64,000 nucleotides of DNA, taken from NCBI GenBank assembly GCA_965205265.1, contig CBDBGH010000003.1, positions 3,808,001 to 3,872,000 on the forward strand. Reading direction: 5' to 3'. Both the position numbers and the translations under genes were made by a program. This DNA comes from Alphaproteobacteria bacterium. Its GTDB lineage: Bacteria > Pseudomonadota > Alphaproteobacteria > Bin95. Positions within the stretch are counted from its first letter, which is position 1; each line of letters begins with the position of its first letter. The notes below the pieces were generated by a model. That model had not been told where the DNA came from. It ran no database searches and worked only from the letters and a program-made list of their open reading frames with translations. Below are positions 18,939-27,675 of the stretch, piece by piece.

Positions 18939-19303
18939 GCCGCGGCCCCCCGGCGTCCGGAGCCGCCGCCGGCAACGATCCCCTTGGCGCGCAGCAGCTC
19001 CTCCAGCCGCGCCATGCCCTCTTCCCAGAGCCGGGCGAGCGGGCCGTGCGCCGGAGCTTCGAGGCGGCGGCCGAACCCGGTCAGCACCTGCAGGTGCCGC
19101 CGGGTGAGCACACCGGGCTTTACCAGCCGGCGCAGGCAGGCCAGCATGTCGAGCGGCGTGCAGGGCCGGCCACGGCCCTCATGGCCCGGCACGCCGCCAT
19201 CCTCGACCACGAGGCGCCAGGACATGAACCAGAACCAGGCTTCTTCGGCGTTCCTGAACGGCTTTTCGCCGCCGGAGCCTCGCGAAAAATCGGGAACAGG
19301 CAT
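18935..19303 (-). CDS. conserved hypothetical protein, candidate activator/antiterminator of the cassette
   Basis: PF.NAEEAWFWF...RPC.P.D...L.RL...LW.E.M.RL...LRAKGIV. First gene of the operon, divergent from the repressor. Function is inferred. Confidence 0.65.
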   Translation of the reverse strand: MPVPDFSRGSGGEKPFRNAEEAWFWFMSWRLVVEDGGVPGHEGRGRPCTPLDMLACLRRLVKPGVLTRRHLQVLTGFGRRLEAPAHGPLARLWEEGMARLEELLRAKGIVAGGGSGRRGAAA

Positions 19304-19316
19304 GAATCCCCCATCT

Positions 19317-19331
19317 GTTCTTTGAATGTTC
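19317..19331 (-). promoter_or_regulatory. alphaproteobacterial LexA (SOS) box
   Basis: GTTC-TTTGAAT-GTTC, 13 nt upstream of ATG 19303. Confidence 0.7.
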
Positions 19332-19396
19332 CGATTTTGCCTATGTGGTCAAATTCCTAGTGCATGTCAAGCGGATTTGTGCCTATGATGAATTCC

Positions 19397-20026
19397 ATGC
19401 TGACCCATTCCGAAGTCTGGGCCGCGATCGACGCGCTGGCGGACCATCACGGCCTGTCGGTATCCGGGCTCGCCAAGCGGTCGGGGCTGGATGCCACCAC
19501 TTTCAACCGCAGCAAGCGGACCACCAGGGGCGGGCGGCCGCGTTGGCCCAGCACGGAGAGCATCTCCAAGGCGATGGCGGCGACCGGCTGCGGCGTTTCG
19601 GGGCTGTTTGCCGAGCAATTGCGCCGCGAGGGCGCGCCGGCGAGTACCATCCCGGTGATCGGCCACGCCCAGGCGGGCCTCCACGGCTATTTCGACGATG
19701 CCGGCTACCCGGTAGGCGCGGGATGGGACGAGGTCGCTTTCCCGGACCTCGGCGACCCCAACGCCTATGCGCTGGAGATCGCGGGCGACAGCATGGAGCC
19801 CGTCTATCGCGACGGGGATATCGTGGTGGTCTCGCCGGCGGCCAGCCTCCGGCGCGGGGACCGCGTGGTGGCGCGCACCCGCGAGGGCGAGGTGCTGGCC
19901 AAATGGCTCGGCCGGCTGGGCGCGCGGCGTATTGAGCTGCATTCCTTCAATTCCGACCATGAGGACTACGTCCTCGCTCGAAGCGACCTCGACTGGATCG
20001 CCCGTATCGTCTGGGCCAGCCAGTAG
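19397..20026 (+). CDS. HTH + S24 peptidase (CI/LexA-like) repressor
   Basis: MLTH..VW.AID.LA...GLS.SGLA..SGLD.TTFN.SKR HTH, AQAG autocleavage site, GDSMEP catalytic Ser and VLAK catalytic Lys. Confidence 0.9.
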   Translation: MLTHSEVWAAIDALADHHGLSVSGLAKRSGLDATTFNRSKRTTRGGRPRWPSTESISKAMAATGCGVSGLFAEQLRREGAPASTIPVIGHAQAGLHGYFDDAGYPVGAGWDEVAFPDLGDPNAYALEIAGDSMEPVYRDGDIVVVSPAASLRRGDRVVARTREGEVLAKWLGRLGARRIELHSFNSDHEDYVLARSDLDWIARIVWASQ

Positions 20027-20092
20027 CAGCAGCCCTTTCCGGGCCTCCCTCCCCTCGTTTCTTCCTGCCCTTGCGGGCTACATCGACAGTCG

Positions 20093-20761
20093 TTGACCGG
20101 AACTCATATCGATTGCCACCCGAACACTCTTCCCCCGCCCCGGGCCGGCGCGGTCCGGCGGTGGCGGGCCGGGCTGGCGGCGCTGGCGGAGCGGGATGCC
20201 CGTATCCGGATGGCGCTGGCCGAGGTCGGGGCGCCGCCCATGGCGCTCAGGGGGGCGGGCTTTGCGGCGCTCTTGCGGGCGATTGCGGCGCAGCAGGTTT
20301 CCGCCGCCTCGGCGCGGGCGATCTGGGGCCGGCTGGAGGAGGCTGCGGGCGGCAGGGTGACGGCGCGCGCCGTGCTGGCGCTCGGGCCGGAGGGGCTTCG
20401 CGCCGCCGGGCTCTCGCGGCCCAAGGCGGGTTACGCGCTCGACATCGCGGGGGCGCTTGCCTCGGGGCGGGTTTCGCTCTGGCGCATTGCGCGCATGCCG
20501 GATGAGGAGGCCGTCGCCGCCCTCTCGGCGCTGAAGGGCGTCGGGCGCTGGACGGCGGAAGTCTGGCTCCTGTTCGCGGCCGGCCGCCCCGACATCTGGC
20601 CGGCGGCCGACCTCGCGCTCTGCATCGCGCTCCAGAGAACCCTCGGCCTGGACGCCCGCCCGACGCCCGCCGAGGCGGCGCGCCTCACCGAAGCCTGGTC
20701 GCCCCACCGCAGCGCCGCCGCTATCCTCCACTGGCACATCTACCGCACCGCGCCTTCCTAG
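20093..20761 (+). CDS. alkA: DNA-3-methyladenine glycosylase II (AlkA family)
   Basis: QQVSAASA, HhH motif LKGVGRWTAE, PAADL and WSPHRS. Start is uncertain. Confidence 0.85.
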   Translation: MTGTHIDCHPNTLPPPRAGAVRRWRAGLAALAERDARIRMALAEVGAPPMALRGAGFAALLRAIAAQQVSAASARAIWGRLEEAAGGRVTARAVLALGPEGLRAAGLSRPKAGYALDIAGALASGRVSLWRIARMPDEEAVAALSALKGVGRWTAEVWLLFAAGRPDIWPAADLALCIALQRTLGLDARPTPAEAARLTEAWSPHRSAAAILHWHIYRTAPS

Positions 20762-20767
20762 CCCGGG

Positions 20768-21421
20768 TCATCGCGGCCGCGAGCCTTGCGCGGCGAGGCC
20801 GGCGGCGAGCGCGGCGAGCACCGCCCAGCCCTGCCAGGAGTCCAAGGCGAGCAGGGTAAGCGCCGAGAGGGCGAGCCAGAGCGCCGGCGGGAGGCAGACG
20901 AGCGCCGTCCAGCGGTTGCGCGGCGCGAGCGCGACGAGGCCGAGCGTGGCGATGGCGGTCGGGTCGGGCGCAATCGCAACGATCTCGGCCTCCCGCCAGG
21001 ACCGCCCGTCCAGCAGCGCCAGCAGCGGCCAGACGAACAGCGCCGCCGCCAGGAGGCCGATGCCTGTTGCAGCGCCGGGTCCCCGCCGGGAGAAGGCGAG
21101 CCGGCCCGCGAGGCCGAGCGCCGCCAGCAGCGCGGCTTCCGCGTAGAAGCCCCAGGCGAAGCGCGGCGCGGCCCAGTTTACCGCCCCGTAGCCGAGCGCG
21201 ACGAACTGCCAGCCGGTCCAGAGCCAGACCGCGCCGAGCAAGGGGCCGAGCCGGCGTCCGGACGGCCGCCGGTCCTTGAGCAGCCTGTAGAGGAGCGCCG
21301 CGCCCGCCGCCAGCAGCAACGGCTGGACCGGCCAGAGCGCCTCGTTCTCCAGCGCGAACAGCCGCCAATAGACGCGCGGCTCGAACGGCAGCATATCCGC
21401 CAGCGCCCGGAACCCGTCCAT
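20768..21421 (-). CDS. multi-pass membrane protein (DUF6064-like)
   Basis: PF..RVYWRLF...N..LWP and APDPTAIATLG motifs. Typically coupled to an aldo/keto reductase. Confidence 0.7.
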   Translation of the reverse strand: MDGFRALADMLPFEPRVYWRLFALENEALWPVQPLLLAAGAALLYRLLKDRRPSGRRLGPLLGAVWLWTGWQFVALGYGAVNWAAPRFAWGFYAEAALLAALGLAGRLAFSRRGPGAATGIGLLAAALFVWPLLALLDGRSWREAEIVAIAPDPTAIATLGLVALAPRNRWTALVCLPPALWLALSALTLLALDSWQGWAVLAALAAGLAAQGSRPR

Positions 21422-21449
21422 GGCGGCGCGCTAACCGGCCCCCGATGCG

Positions 21450-22352
21450 CTACAGGTCCCGGACATGCGCCGCCATGCGCCGGCGGAGCGCCGCATCCGG
21501 CATAGGCCCGAAGGCGGCGGACTTGTTCTCGCGCAAATGGTCAACCCGCCGGGTCGCCGGGATGGCCGCGGTGACGGCAGGATGGGAGAGAATGAATTTC
21601 AACAGGAATTGCGGCCAGGTGGAGACGCCGATTTCGGCCGCCCAGCCGGGCATGGCGCGGCCGGCGAGCCGGTCCGGCAGCCGGCCGCGCCGGAAGGGCC
21701 GGTTGCAGATGACGGCGATGCCGCGCTCCCGCGCGAGCGGCAGCAGGCGGCGCTCCGCTTCCCGGTCCACGATGTTGTAGGTGAGCTGGACGAAATCGGG
21801 CCGGCGGCGGCGCATCGCCTGCTCCAGCTCGCCATGCCGGCGGCCGTGCGAGGTGGTGACGCCGGTATGGCGGATGGCGCCGGCCTCCTTCATCGCCTCC
21901 AGACTATCGAGGTTCCGTTCCCAGTCGATCAGGTTGTGGACCTGGAGGAGGTCGAATCGAGCAACGCCCCAGCGCCGGGCGGTTTCCGCGATCTGCGCAC
22001 GCGCGTCGGCCGCGCGGGTCCAGACCTTGTCGGCGGAGAAGAGGCCCGCCGGGCGGCCGAGCTTCGCGAACCCCTCGCCGATCACCGCCTGCGAGGAGCC
22101 GTACATGGGCGAGGAATCGATCATGCCCCCGCCCGCCTCGAAGAAGGCCGCCATGACGGCGCGGCACTCGGCGCGGAGCAGCGGGTCGTTGCCGACATTG
22201 AAGGTGATCCAACTGCCGAGCCCGACCGCCGGCACGGGCTCCCCGGTCGCCGGAACGGGCTTCATCAACGCCCCGCCGGGCGCCACGCCCAGAGCGGGCG
22301 CCGCCAGCGCCGCGCCTGCGCCGGCCAGGACTGTCCGCCGGGTCGCGCGCAT
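21450..22352 (-). CDS. Tat-exported aldo/keto reductase
   Basis: TRRTVL twin-arginine signal; GLGSW, IDSSPMYG, DLLQVHNL and IPAT motifs. Confidence 0.88.
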   Translation of the reverse strand: MRATRRTVLAGAGAALAAPALGVAPGGALMKPVPATGEPVPAVGLGSWITFNVGNDPLLRAECRAVMAAFFEAGGGMIDSSPMYGSSQAVIGEGFAKLGRPAGLFSADKVWTRAADARAQIAETARRWGVARFDLLQVHNLIDWERNLDSLEAMKEAGAIRHTGVTTSHGRRHGELEQAMRRRRPDFVQLTYNIVDREAERRLLPLARERGIAVICNRPFRRGRLPDRLAGRAMPGWAAEIGVSTWPQFLLKFILSHPAVTAAIPATRRVDHLRENKSAAFGPMPDAALRRRMAAHVRDL

Positions 22353-22487
22353 GGGGGCTCCTCCCCTTCCTGCCGGCCGCGAGGGTAGCGCCGGGGCCGG
22401 GACCGGCCAAGCGGCTGGCCGGGCCGGCGGCTTTCGTGGCAGAGTGCAGGCGGTTCCGAAAACCCGAGGCGAAGGGGGCGACTGCCC

Positions 22488-23282
22488 ATGGCGGTGCTCA
22501 GGATTTTCTCCTACCTGCCCAATCCGCGCGTCTGGAAGGCGACGATCGCCGCGCGGCTGCTCGGCGTCGAGGTCGAGGTTGTGGGCGACCGCCCGAAGGC
22601 GCTGCCGGGCTGGCTCTGGGATTTCGACGCGAGGCCGCTCGAAGAGGCCGAGAAGACGCCCGGCAACCCGCATGCGCGCGCGAGCAAGCGCGGCTTCGAC
22701 GCCACCATGCTCTACAAGACGGACGCCTTCCTCGCGGCCCACCCCTTCGGCACCGTGCCGGCGGCCTTCGACCCGACGGGGGCGACCGGCGTGTTCGAAT
22801 CGAACAGCATCCTGCGCGCCGTCGCCCGCGCGGCTGGCGGGCTTTACGGCGAGGGGCCGTACGAGGCGGCGCGGATCGACAGCTTCCTCGATGCGGGGCT
22901 CGTCTTCGCGCGCGAGGCGCAGGCCTATCTGCTGAAGCTGGTGGCCCGCGAGGCGACGCAGGAGCTTTCCGACCGCATGCGCGAGGCTTACGCCTTCTAC
23001 CTGGACGGCATCGACAATGCCGCGAGGCGCGGCGGCGAAGGTCTGGCCGGCCCGTTCTCGATCGCCGACATCGCCTTCGTGTGCGATTTCGCGCAATTCC
23101 GCCGCGAGGAGCGCATGCACGACCGGCTGGCGGATTGCGGCCTCGAGCCCATCTACCGGCCCGGCGGCCACCCGCATGCGCACGCCCATTTCGACCGCCT
23201 GCGCCGCCTGCCCGCCTTCGCCGCCGACCTCGGCGGCGGCTATGTGCTCGAAACGCAGGCCGAAGAGAGGAAAAGCGCATGA
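22488..23282 (+). CDS. glutathione S-transferase family protein
   Basis: FLAAHPFGTVPA, FESNSILR and FSIADI motifs. Confidence 0.8.
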   Translation: MAVLRIFSYLPNPRVWKATIAARLLGVEVEVVGDRPKALPGWLWDFDARPLEEAEKTPGNPHARASKRGFDATMLYKTDAFLAAHPFGTVPAAFDPTGATGVFESNSILRAVARAAGGLYGEGPYEAARIDSFLDAGLVFAREAQAYLLKLVAREATQELSDRMREAYAFYLDGIDNAARRGGEGLAGPFSIADIAFVCDFAQFRREERMHDRLADCGLEPIYRPGGHPHAHAHFDRLRRLPAFAADLGGGYVLETQAEERKSA

Positions 23283-23989
23283 GCCGGCCGGTTGCGCTCG
23301 TCACCGGCGTCGGCCCCGACGGGGGCACCGGCGCCGAAATCGCCCGGCGCTTCGCCGATGGCGGCTACCTGACCGCCATGCTCGCCCGCGACGCGGAGCG
23401 GCTGGCCGCGCTCGAAGCCGACATAGAGAACGCCGCCGCCTTCCCCTGCGATGTGGGCGACATCGACGCGCTCAAGGCCACCATCGAGGCAGTCCGCGAG
23501 CGGCTGGGCCCGCCGACGGTCGTGGTGCATAACGCGCTCAGGAGCACGCGGGGCCCGTTCCTGGAGCAGGACCCGGAGGAGCTCGAACGCAATTTCCGCG
23601 TGAACGCGACGGCGCTGCTGCATCTCGCCCGCGAGACGATTCCGGGCATGCTGGACGCGGGCGGCGGCGCGCTGCTGGTCACCGGCAACACTTCGGCCAC
23701 GCGCGGCAAGGCGCATTGGGGCTTCTTCGCTTCCACCAAGGCCGCTCAGCGCATCCTCGCGGAGTCCATCGCGCGCGAGTTCGGGCCGCAGGGCATCCAT
23801 GTCGCCTATTTCATCATCGACGCCGCCATCGACACGCCGCGCACGCGCCCCTTCATCGCGCCGGATGCGCCGGACGAGTTCTTCGCCAGGCCCGTCGCCA
23901 TCGCCGAGGAGATGTACCGCGTCGCCCACCAGGACCGCTCCGCCTGGTCGTTCCGCGTCGAGCTCCGCCCCTTCGGCGAGACCTGGTAG
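23279..23989 (+). CDS. SDR family oxidoreductase
   Basis: VTGVGPDGGTG, HNA and FASTK motifs. Confidence 0.88.
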   Translation: MSRPVALVTGVGPDGGTGAEIARRFADGGYLTAMLARDAERLAALEADIENAAAFPCDVGDIDALKATIEAVRERLGPPTVVVHNALRSTRGPFLEQDPEELERNFRVNATALLHLARETIPGMLDAGGGALLVTGNTSATRGKAHWGFFASTKAAQRILAESIAREFGPQGIHVAYFIIDAAIDTPRTRPFIAPDAPDEFFARPVAIAEEMYRVAHQDRSAWSFRVELRPFGETW

Positions 23990-23991
23990 GC

Positions 23992-24378
23992 CTATGCGGC
24001 CCGGATATCGGTCTGCGGGAAGTCGCCGCCCTTGAACAGCAACGGCTCGCCGGTGGTGCTCGCAAGCGCATAGGCGAAGCAATCGCCGAAGTTCAGCGCG
24101 GCCGGATGGTTGCCCCTGCCGAAGCGCCGCCAGGCCTGCCGGGCCGCTTCCATCTGCTCCCCCGTCACCGGCACCGCCTCGATCCCGGCGCGCGCCAGAA
24201 CAACATCGAGCTCATGCCCGGCCGCCGCGCCGCCGCGGCCCTCCACCACCATGCATGCCTCCAGAATGTTGGCGACCGACATGCGGCAATTCGGGGCGGT
24301 GAGCATCGCTTCCTCATAGCGCTCGGCATCGCTCTCTCTGTTCACAACCGCAATCAGGGCCGAACTGTCGACGATCAC
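23992..24378 (-). CDS. vapC: VapC PIN toxin
   Basis: IVDSSAL and LNFGDCFAYA..LLFKGGDF motifs. Confidence 0.92.
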   Translation of the reverse strand: MIVDSSALIAVVNRESDAERYEEAMLTAPNCRMSVANILEACMVVEGRGGAAAGHELDVVLARAGIEAVPVTGEQMEAARQAWRRFGRGNHPAALNFGDCFAYALASTTGEPLLFKGGDFPQTDIRAA

Positions 24379-24632
24379 CTCGGCAATCCCCGCTCGTCAT
24401 AGAGGAAATCGCCAAGCTCAACCGCCGAAGGACCGGGTCCCATCAGCTTGGCGCAACGCTCCGCTGCGGCGCGCAGATCCCGGCGCCGCTCTTCAATGTC
24501 GCGCGTCCGCCTTTCCCGCTCCAGCCGTTCCCGCAGCGCTACGGTTATGGCGCCGGTCTTGGTCTCGCCGGTCAACCGGGCCAGTTCGGCAGCGAGCCGG
24601 CAGGTTTCCTCGTTCTTGATATTGAGGCTCAT
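24375..24632 (-). CDS. vapB: VapB antitoxin (Rv0623-like)
   Basis: MSLNIKN...LA.LTGE.KT.AI..AL and LYDERGLP motifs. Confidence 0.9.
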   Translation of the reverse strand: MSLNIKNEETCRLAAELARLTGETKTGAITVALRERLERERRTRDIEERRRDLRAAAERCAKLMGPGPSAVELGDFLYDERGLPR

Positions 24633-24642
24633 CGCAACCGCC

Positions 24643-24675
24643 TAGGGTAGAATTCCGGTTTGCCGTTCTACCCTA
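24643..24675. promoter_or_regulatory. inverted repeat, probable VapBC autoregulatory operator
   Basis: TAGGGTAGAA-N13-TTCTACCCTA, a perfect 10-bp inverted repeat just upstream of vapB. Confidence 0.6.
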
Positions 24676-26178
24676 ACCGCCGCCCAGCTCCTCGCGCAAG
24701 AGGCGCTTCAGCACCTTGCCGGAGGGGTTGCGCGGCAGTTCGGCCCTCAGGTGCAGCTCCTTCGGCACCTTGAAGCCGGCCAGCCGGGCGCGGCAATAGC
24801 GCTGCAATTCCTCCAGGGTCAATGAGGCGCCGGGCCGGAGCGCCACGACCGCGGCCGGCCGCTCGCCCCAGCGCTCGTCCGCAAGGCCGATGGCCGCCGC
24901 CTCATGCACGGCGTCGTGCTCGTAGAGCACCCGCTCGATCTCCGAGGACGCGATGTTCTCGCCGCCGGAAAGGATCATGTCCTTGCGCCGGTCGGTGAGG
25001 TAGAGGAAGCCCTCCTCGTCCAGCCAGCCGACATCGCCGGTTCTCAGCCGGTCTCCGAAAAACGCTTCGGCCGTGCGTTCCGGGTCGTGCCAGTAGCCGC
25101 GCGTGATCTTCGGGCCTCTCAGGCAGATCTCGCCCTCCTCGCCCGGCGCGAGCGCGCGGCCCGCCTCGTCGCGCACCGTCACCTCGACATGGGCGATCGC
25201 GCGGCCGACCGAGCCGATCTTCTCCAGCTCGCGTCCCGCCTCCATCAGTGTGTCGCCGCCGACGCTTTCCGTCAGCCCGTAGGCGTCGATATAGCGGGCG
25301 CCCGGAAAGGCGGCGGCGAATTCCCGGATGCGCGATTCGGGCGTGCGCTCGCCGCCGCCGATCACCCATTCGAGCGCGCTTGCGTCGAAGCGGCCGAGCC
25401 CCGGGTCGGCGAGCACGCCATTGGTGATCGTGGGCGCGAGCCAGGCGCCGGTGACGCGCTCGGCCTCCAGCGCCTCCAGGATTGCCCGCGGCCGCGCCTC
25501 CCGGTGCAGAACGATGCAGCCGCCCCGGCGCCAGACATCGATCCCCGGCAGGTCGAAGCCGCCGACATGGTAGAGCGGGCCCACCACCAGCAGCCGGTCG
25601 TCGGGCCCGCCGCCGAGCGCGGCCGTCTGGTCGAGGCACTTCCAGTAGAAGTTCGCGTAGCTGTGCTGCACGCCCTTCGGCCGGTCGGTGGTGCCGGAGG
25701 TGTACATGAGGCGGAAGACATCGTCGGGCGCGGCCCCGGCCATAGGCGGAGCCTCCGCCCCGGCACTCAGCCGCCGGCTGTCGCGCGCCGTCCCGGCGTC
25801 GAGCGGCGTAAAGGGCACGCGCGCCGCTTCCGCCGCTGCGGCGGCGGCATCGAGTTCCTCGTCGGCGAACAGGCGCCGGGCGCCCGCATGGTCGAGAATC
25901 CAGGCGATTTCGTCGGCGGCGAGGCGGAAGTTGAGCGGCAGGAAGACCGCGCCGACATGGCTGGCGGCGAAGGCGAGGTCGTAGAAGGCGGGGCTGTTCT
26001 TCAGGCAGGCCGCGACGACATCGCCGGGGCCGAGGCCGAGCACCGCCAGCCTGCCGGCCATCGCCGTCATGTTGTCCAGGAGCGCGCCGTAACCGAGCCG
26101 GAGGTCTTCATAGACGAGCGCCTCGCGCTCCGGCGTGCGCCGGGCGTGAAAGGCGATGAAGCTCGTGAGCGCAATCAT
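24673..26178 (-). CDS. acyl-CoA synthetase (AMP-binding)
   Basis: YTSGTTDRPKG, YGLTE, RTGD, SGGENI and PRNPSGK motifs. Confidence 0.92.
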   Translation of the reverse strand: MIALTSFIAFHARRTPEREALVYEDLRLGYGALLDNMTAMAGRLAVLGLGPGDVVAACLKNSPAFYDLAFAASHVGAVFLPLNFRLAADEIAWILDHAGARRLFADEELDAAAAAAEAARVPFTPLDAGTARDSRRLSAGAEAPPMAGAAPDDVFRLMYTSGTTDRPKGVQHSYANFYWKCLDQTAALGGGPDDRLLVVGPLYHVGGFDLPGIDVWRRGGCIVLHREARPRAILEALEAERVTGAWLAPTITNGVLADPGLGRFDASALEWVIGGGERTPESRIREFAAAFPGARYIDAYGLTESVGGDTLMEAGRELEKIGSVGRAIAHVEVTVRDEAGRALAPGEEGEICLRGPKITRGYWHDPERTAEAFFGDRLRTGDVGWLDEEGFLYLTDRRKDMILSGGENIASSEIERVLYEHDAVHEAAAIGLADERWGERPAAVVALRPGASLTLEELQRYCRARLAGFKVPKELHLRAELPRNPSGKVLKRLLREELGGG

Positions 26179-26407
26179 GGCGCCGCCGAGCTTCGCCGCC
26201 CCTCCGGGCCGATGCAAGCCCGCCGGGCGGCGCACAAAGGAACGGCCGGCATGGACGAGGAAGGTCCATGCCGGCCGCGAGGCACAGGAAGGAGTCCGAG
26301 GGGACATGACGGCGCCGGAGCCGGAAACCCCGCCGCCGGATGCCAATATGGCCGCCGAATGGGGCGCAAATGCGGCGCGTTCCTGTCCCGGGCGTAATGT
26401 TCCCGCC

Positions 26408-26770
26408 TCAGGCGTAATAGTGGATTTCGAGCAGCATGCAGCCGCCGTCGGAGCGGAACGGCCCGTGATACGCGCCCGGCGGGCGGCAGGCATAGGTGTT
26501 GGGCGCGAAGCTCTCGGCCGCCGGCCCGGTCCCGACGACGAGGTCGCCCGAGAGCAGATAGACCTCCTCCCAGTAGTCATGCACGAAGGGCTCGGTGGTG
26601 AACGCGCCGGGTGCAAAGCGCAGCAGGCGCGACCGGCTGCCCTCGCCGGCGGCTTCGTCCAGCCCGCCCGCCAGGATTTTCTGCTCGATGCCGGCCGGAT
26701 AGCCCTCCGGCACCTCCCAGCCCGTGTCTAGATCGACGCTGTGGAACTCCAGATGCCCCTTGTCGAACAT
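26408..26770 (-). CDS. cupin (ChrR-like) protein
   Basis: H...EEVYLLSG and RPPG..HGPF motifs. Confidence 0.8.
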   Translation of the reverse strand: MFDKGHLEFHSVDLDTGWEVPEGYPAGIEQKILAGGLDEAAGEGSRSRLLRFAPGAFTTEPFVHDYWEEVYLLSGDLVVGTGPAAESFAPNTYACRPPGAYHGPFRSDGGCMLLEIHYYA

Positions 26771-26853
26771 CCCCCGGCCCTCCTGCCTGCCCCGGTCGGT
26801 TGCGCGGCGTCCACTCTGCCACAGGGAGCGCGCCTGCGGAATGCAGGCGGGGT

Positions 26854-27675
26854 TCAGGCAGGCCGGGCGTCGCCGCCGGGAACTCCCTCGATGCGGAACT
26901 CCGCGCGGCCGTAGCCGGCTTCGGCGGGAATGCGCATGATCCGCCCGCCCTCCACGAACTCGACCTCCGGCAGCACGGGCACGACCGCCGCCGCGGCCGC
27001 CGCGCCGCGCGCTTCGCCCACGGTCCGCGAGCGGGCGAGCTTCTCCATGTTGAGCCTCGTGGGGAAGAGCACCGTGTAGCGGCCGTCGGCCTGTCCCTGC
27101 CGGAGCGCCTCCCAGGAAATCCAGACCGAATCCACCGACTCGCGCCCGTCATGCGCCGCCGCGCGGACCTGCGCCGGCGGCGCTTCGGCGAGGTAAAAAT
27201 GCGTGTCGAAGCGCTTCGGCATGTGCTCGGGCGTCACCCAGTGGGCGAAGCGGGTGAGCGCGTCGGTCGCGAATTCCAGGTTCTCCGCCTCCGCCATCTC
27301 GGCCATGGCGGCGCGGTCCTGCTCCAGCGCCAGCCGCCAGCGGTCCCGAAGCGCGGCCAGCCGGTCCGGCCCGACGAAATCCCCGCCGCCCCGCTCGCGC
27401 GCCAGCAGCACGCCCGCTTCCTCGAACGCTTCGCGCACGCAGGCCGTGCGGATCGCGAGCGCGGCGTCGGAAAGCGCCTCGGCGCCCCGGCAGCGGGAGC
27501 GGAGCCGGGGGTCGCGGTCCGCGTCCTCGACCTTGCCGCCGGGAAAGACAAGCGCGCCGGTGGCGAAATCGATCCGGTGGTGGCGCACCACCATGAAGAC
27601 CTCGATGCCGTCCGGCCCGTCGCGGCCGAGCATGAGCGTGGCCGCGAGCCGGGGCTCGACCGCCGCACCGCTCAA
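26854..27675 (-). CDS. NUDIX hydrolase (NudT19-like)
   Basis: VFPGGKV, REAFEEAG and WVTP....RFDT motifs. Confidence 0.88.
   Translation of the reverse strand: MSGAAVEPRLAATLMLGRDGPDGIEVFMVVRHHRIDFATGALVFPGGKVEDADRDPRLRSRCRGAEALSDAALAIRTACVREAFEEAGVLLARERGGGDFVGPDRLAALRDRWRLALEQDRAAMAEMAEAENLEFATDALTRFAHWVTPEHMPKRFDTHFYLAEAPPAQVRAAAHDGRESVDSVWISWEALRQGQADGRYTVLFPTRLNMEKLARSRTVGEARGAAAAAAVVPVLPEVEFVEGGRIMRIPAEAGYGRAEFRIEGVPGGDARPA

Larger units (their letters stand above)
9757..20026 (-). mobile_element. podovirus-like virion gene cassette (domesticated prophage / putative gene transfer agent)
   Basis: Contiguous portal-scaffold-capsid-tail tube-terminase-holin genes. No integrase or replication genes. 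Flanked by host genes. Confidence 0.75.
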
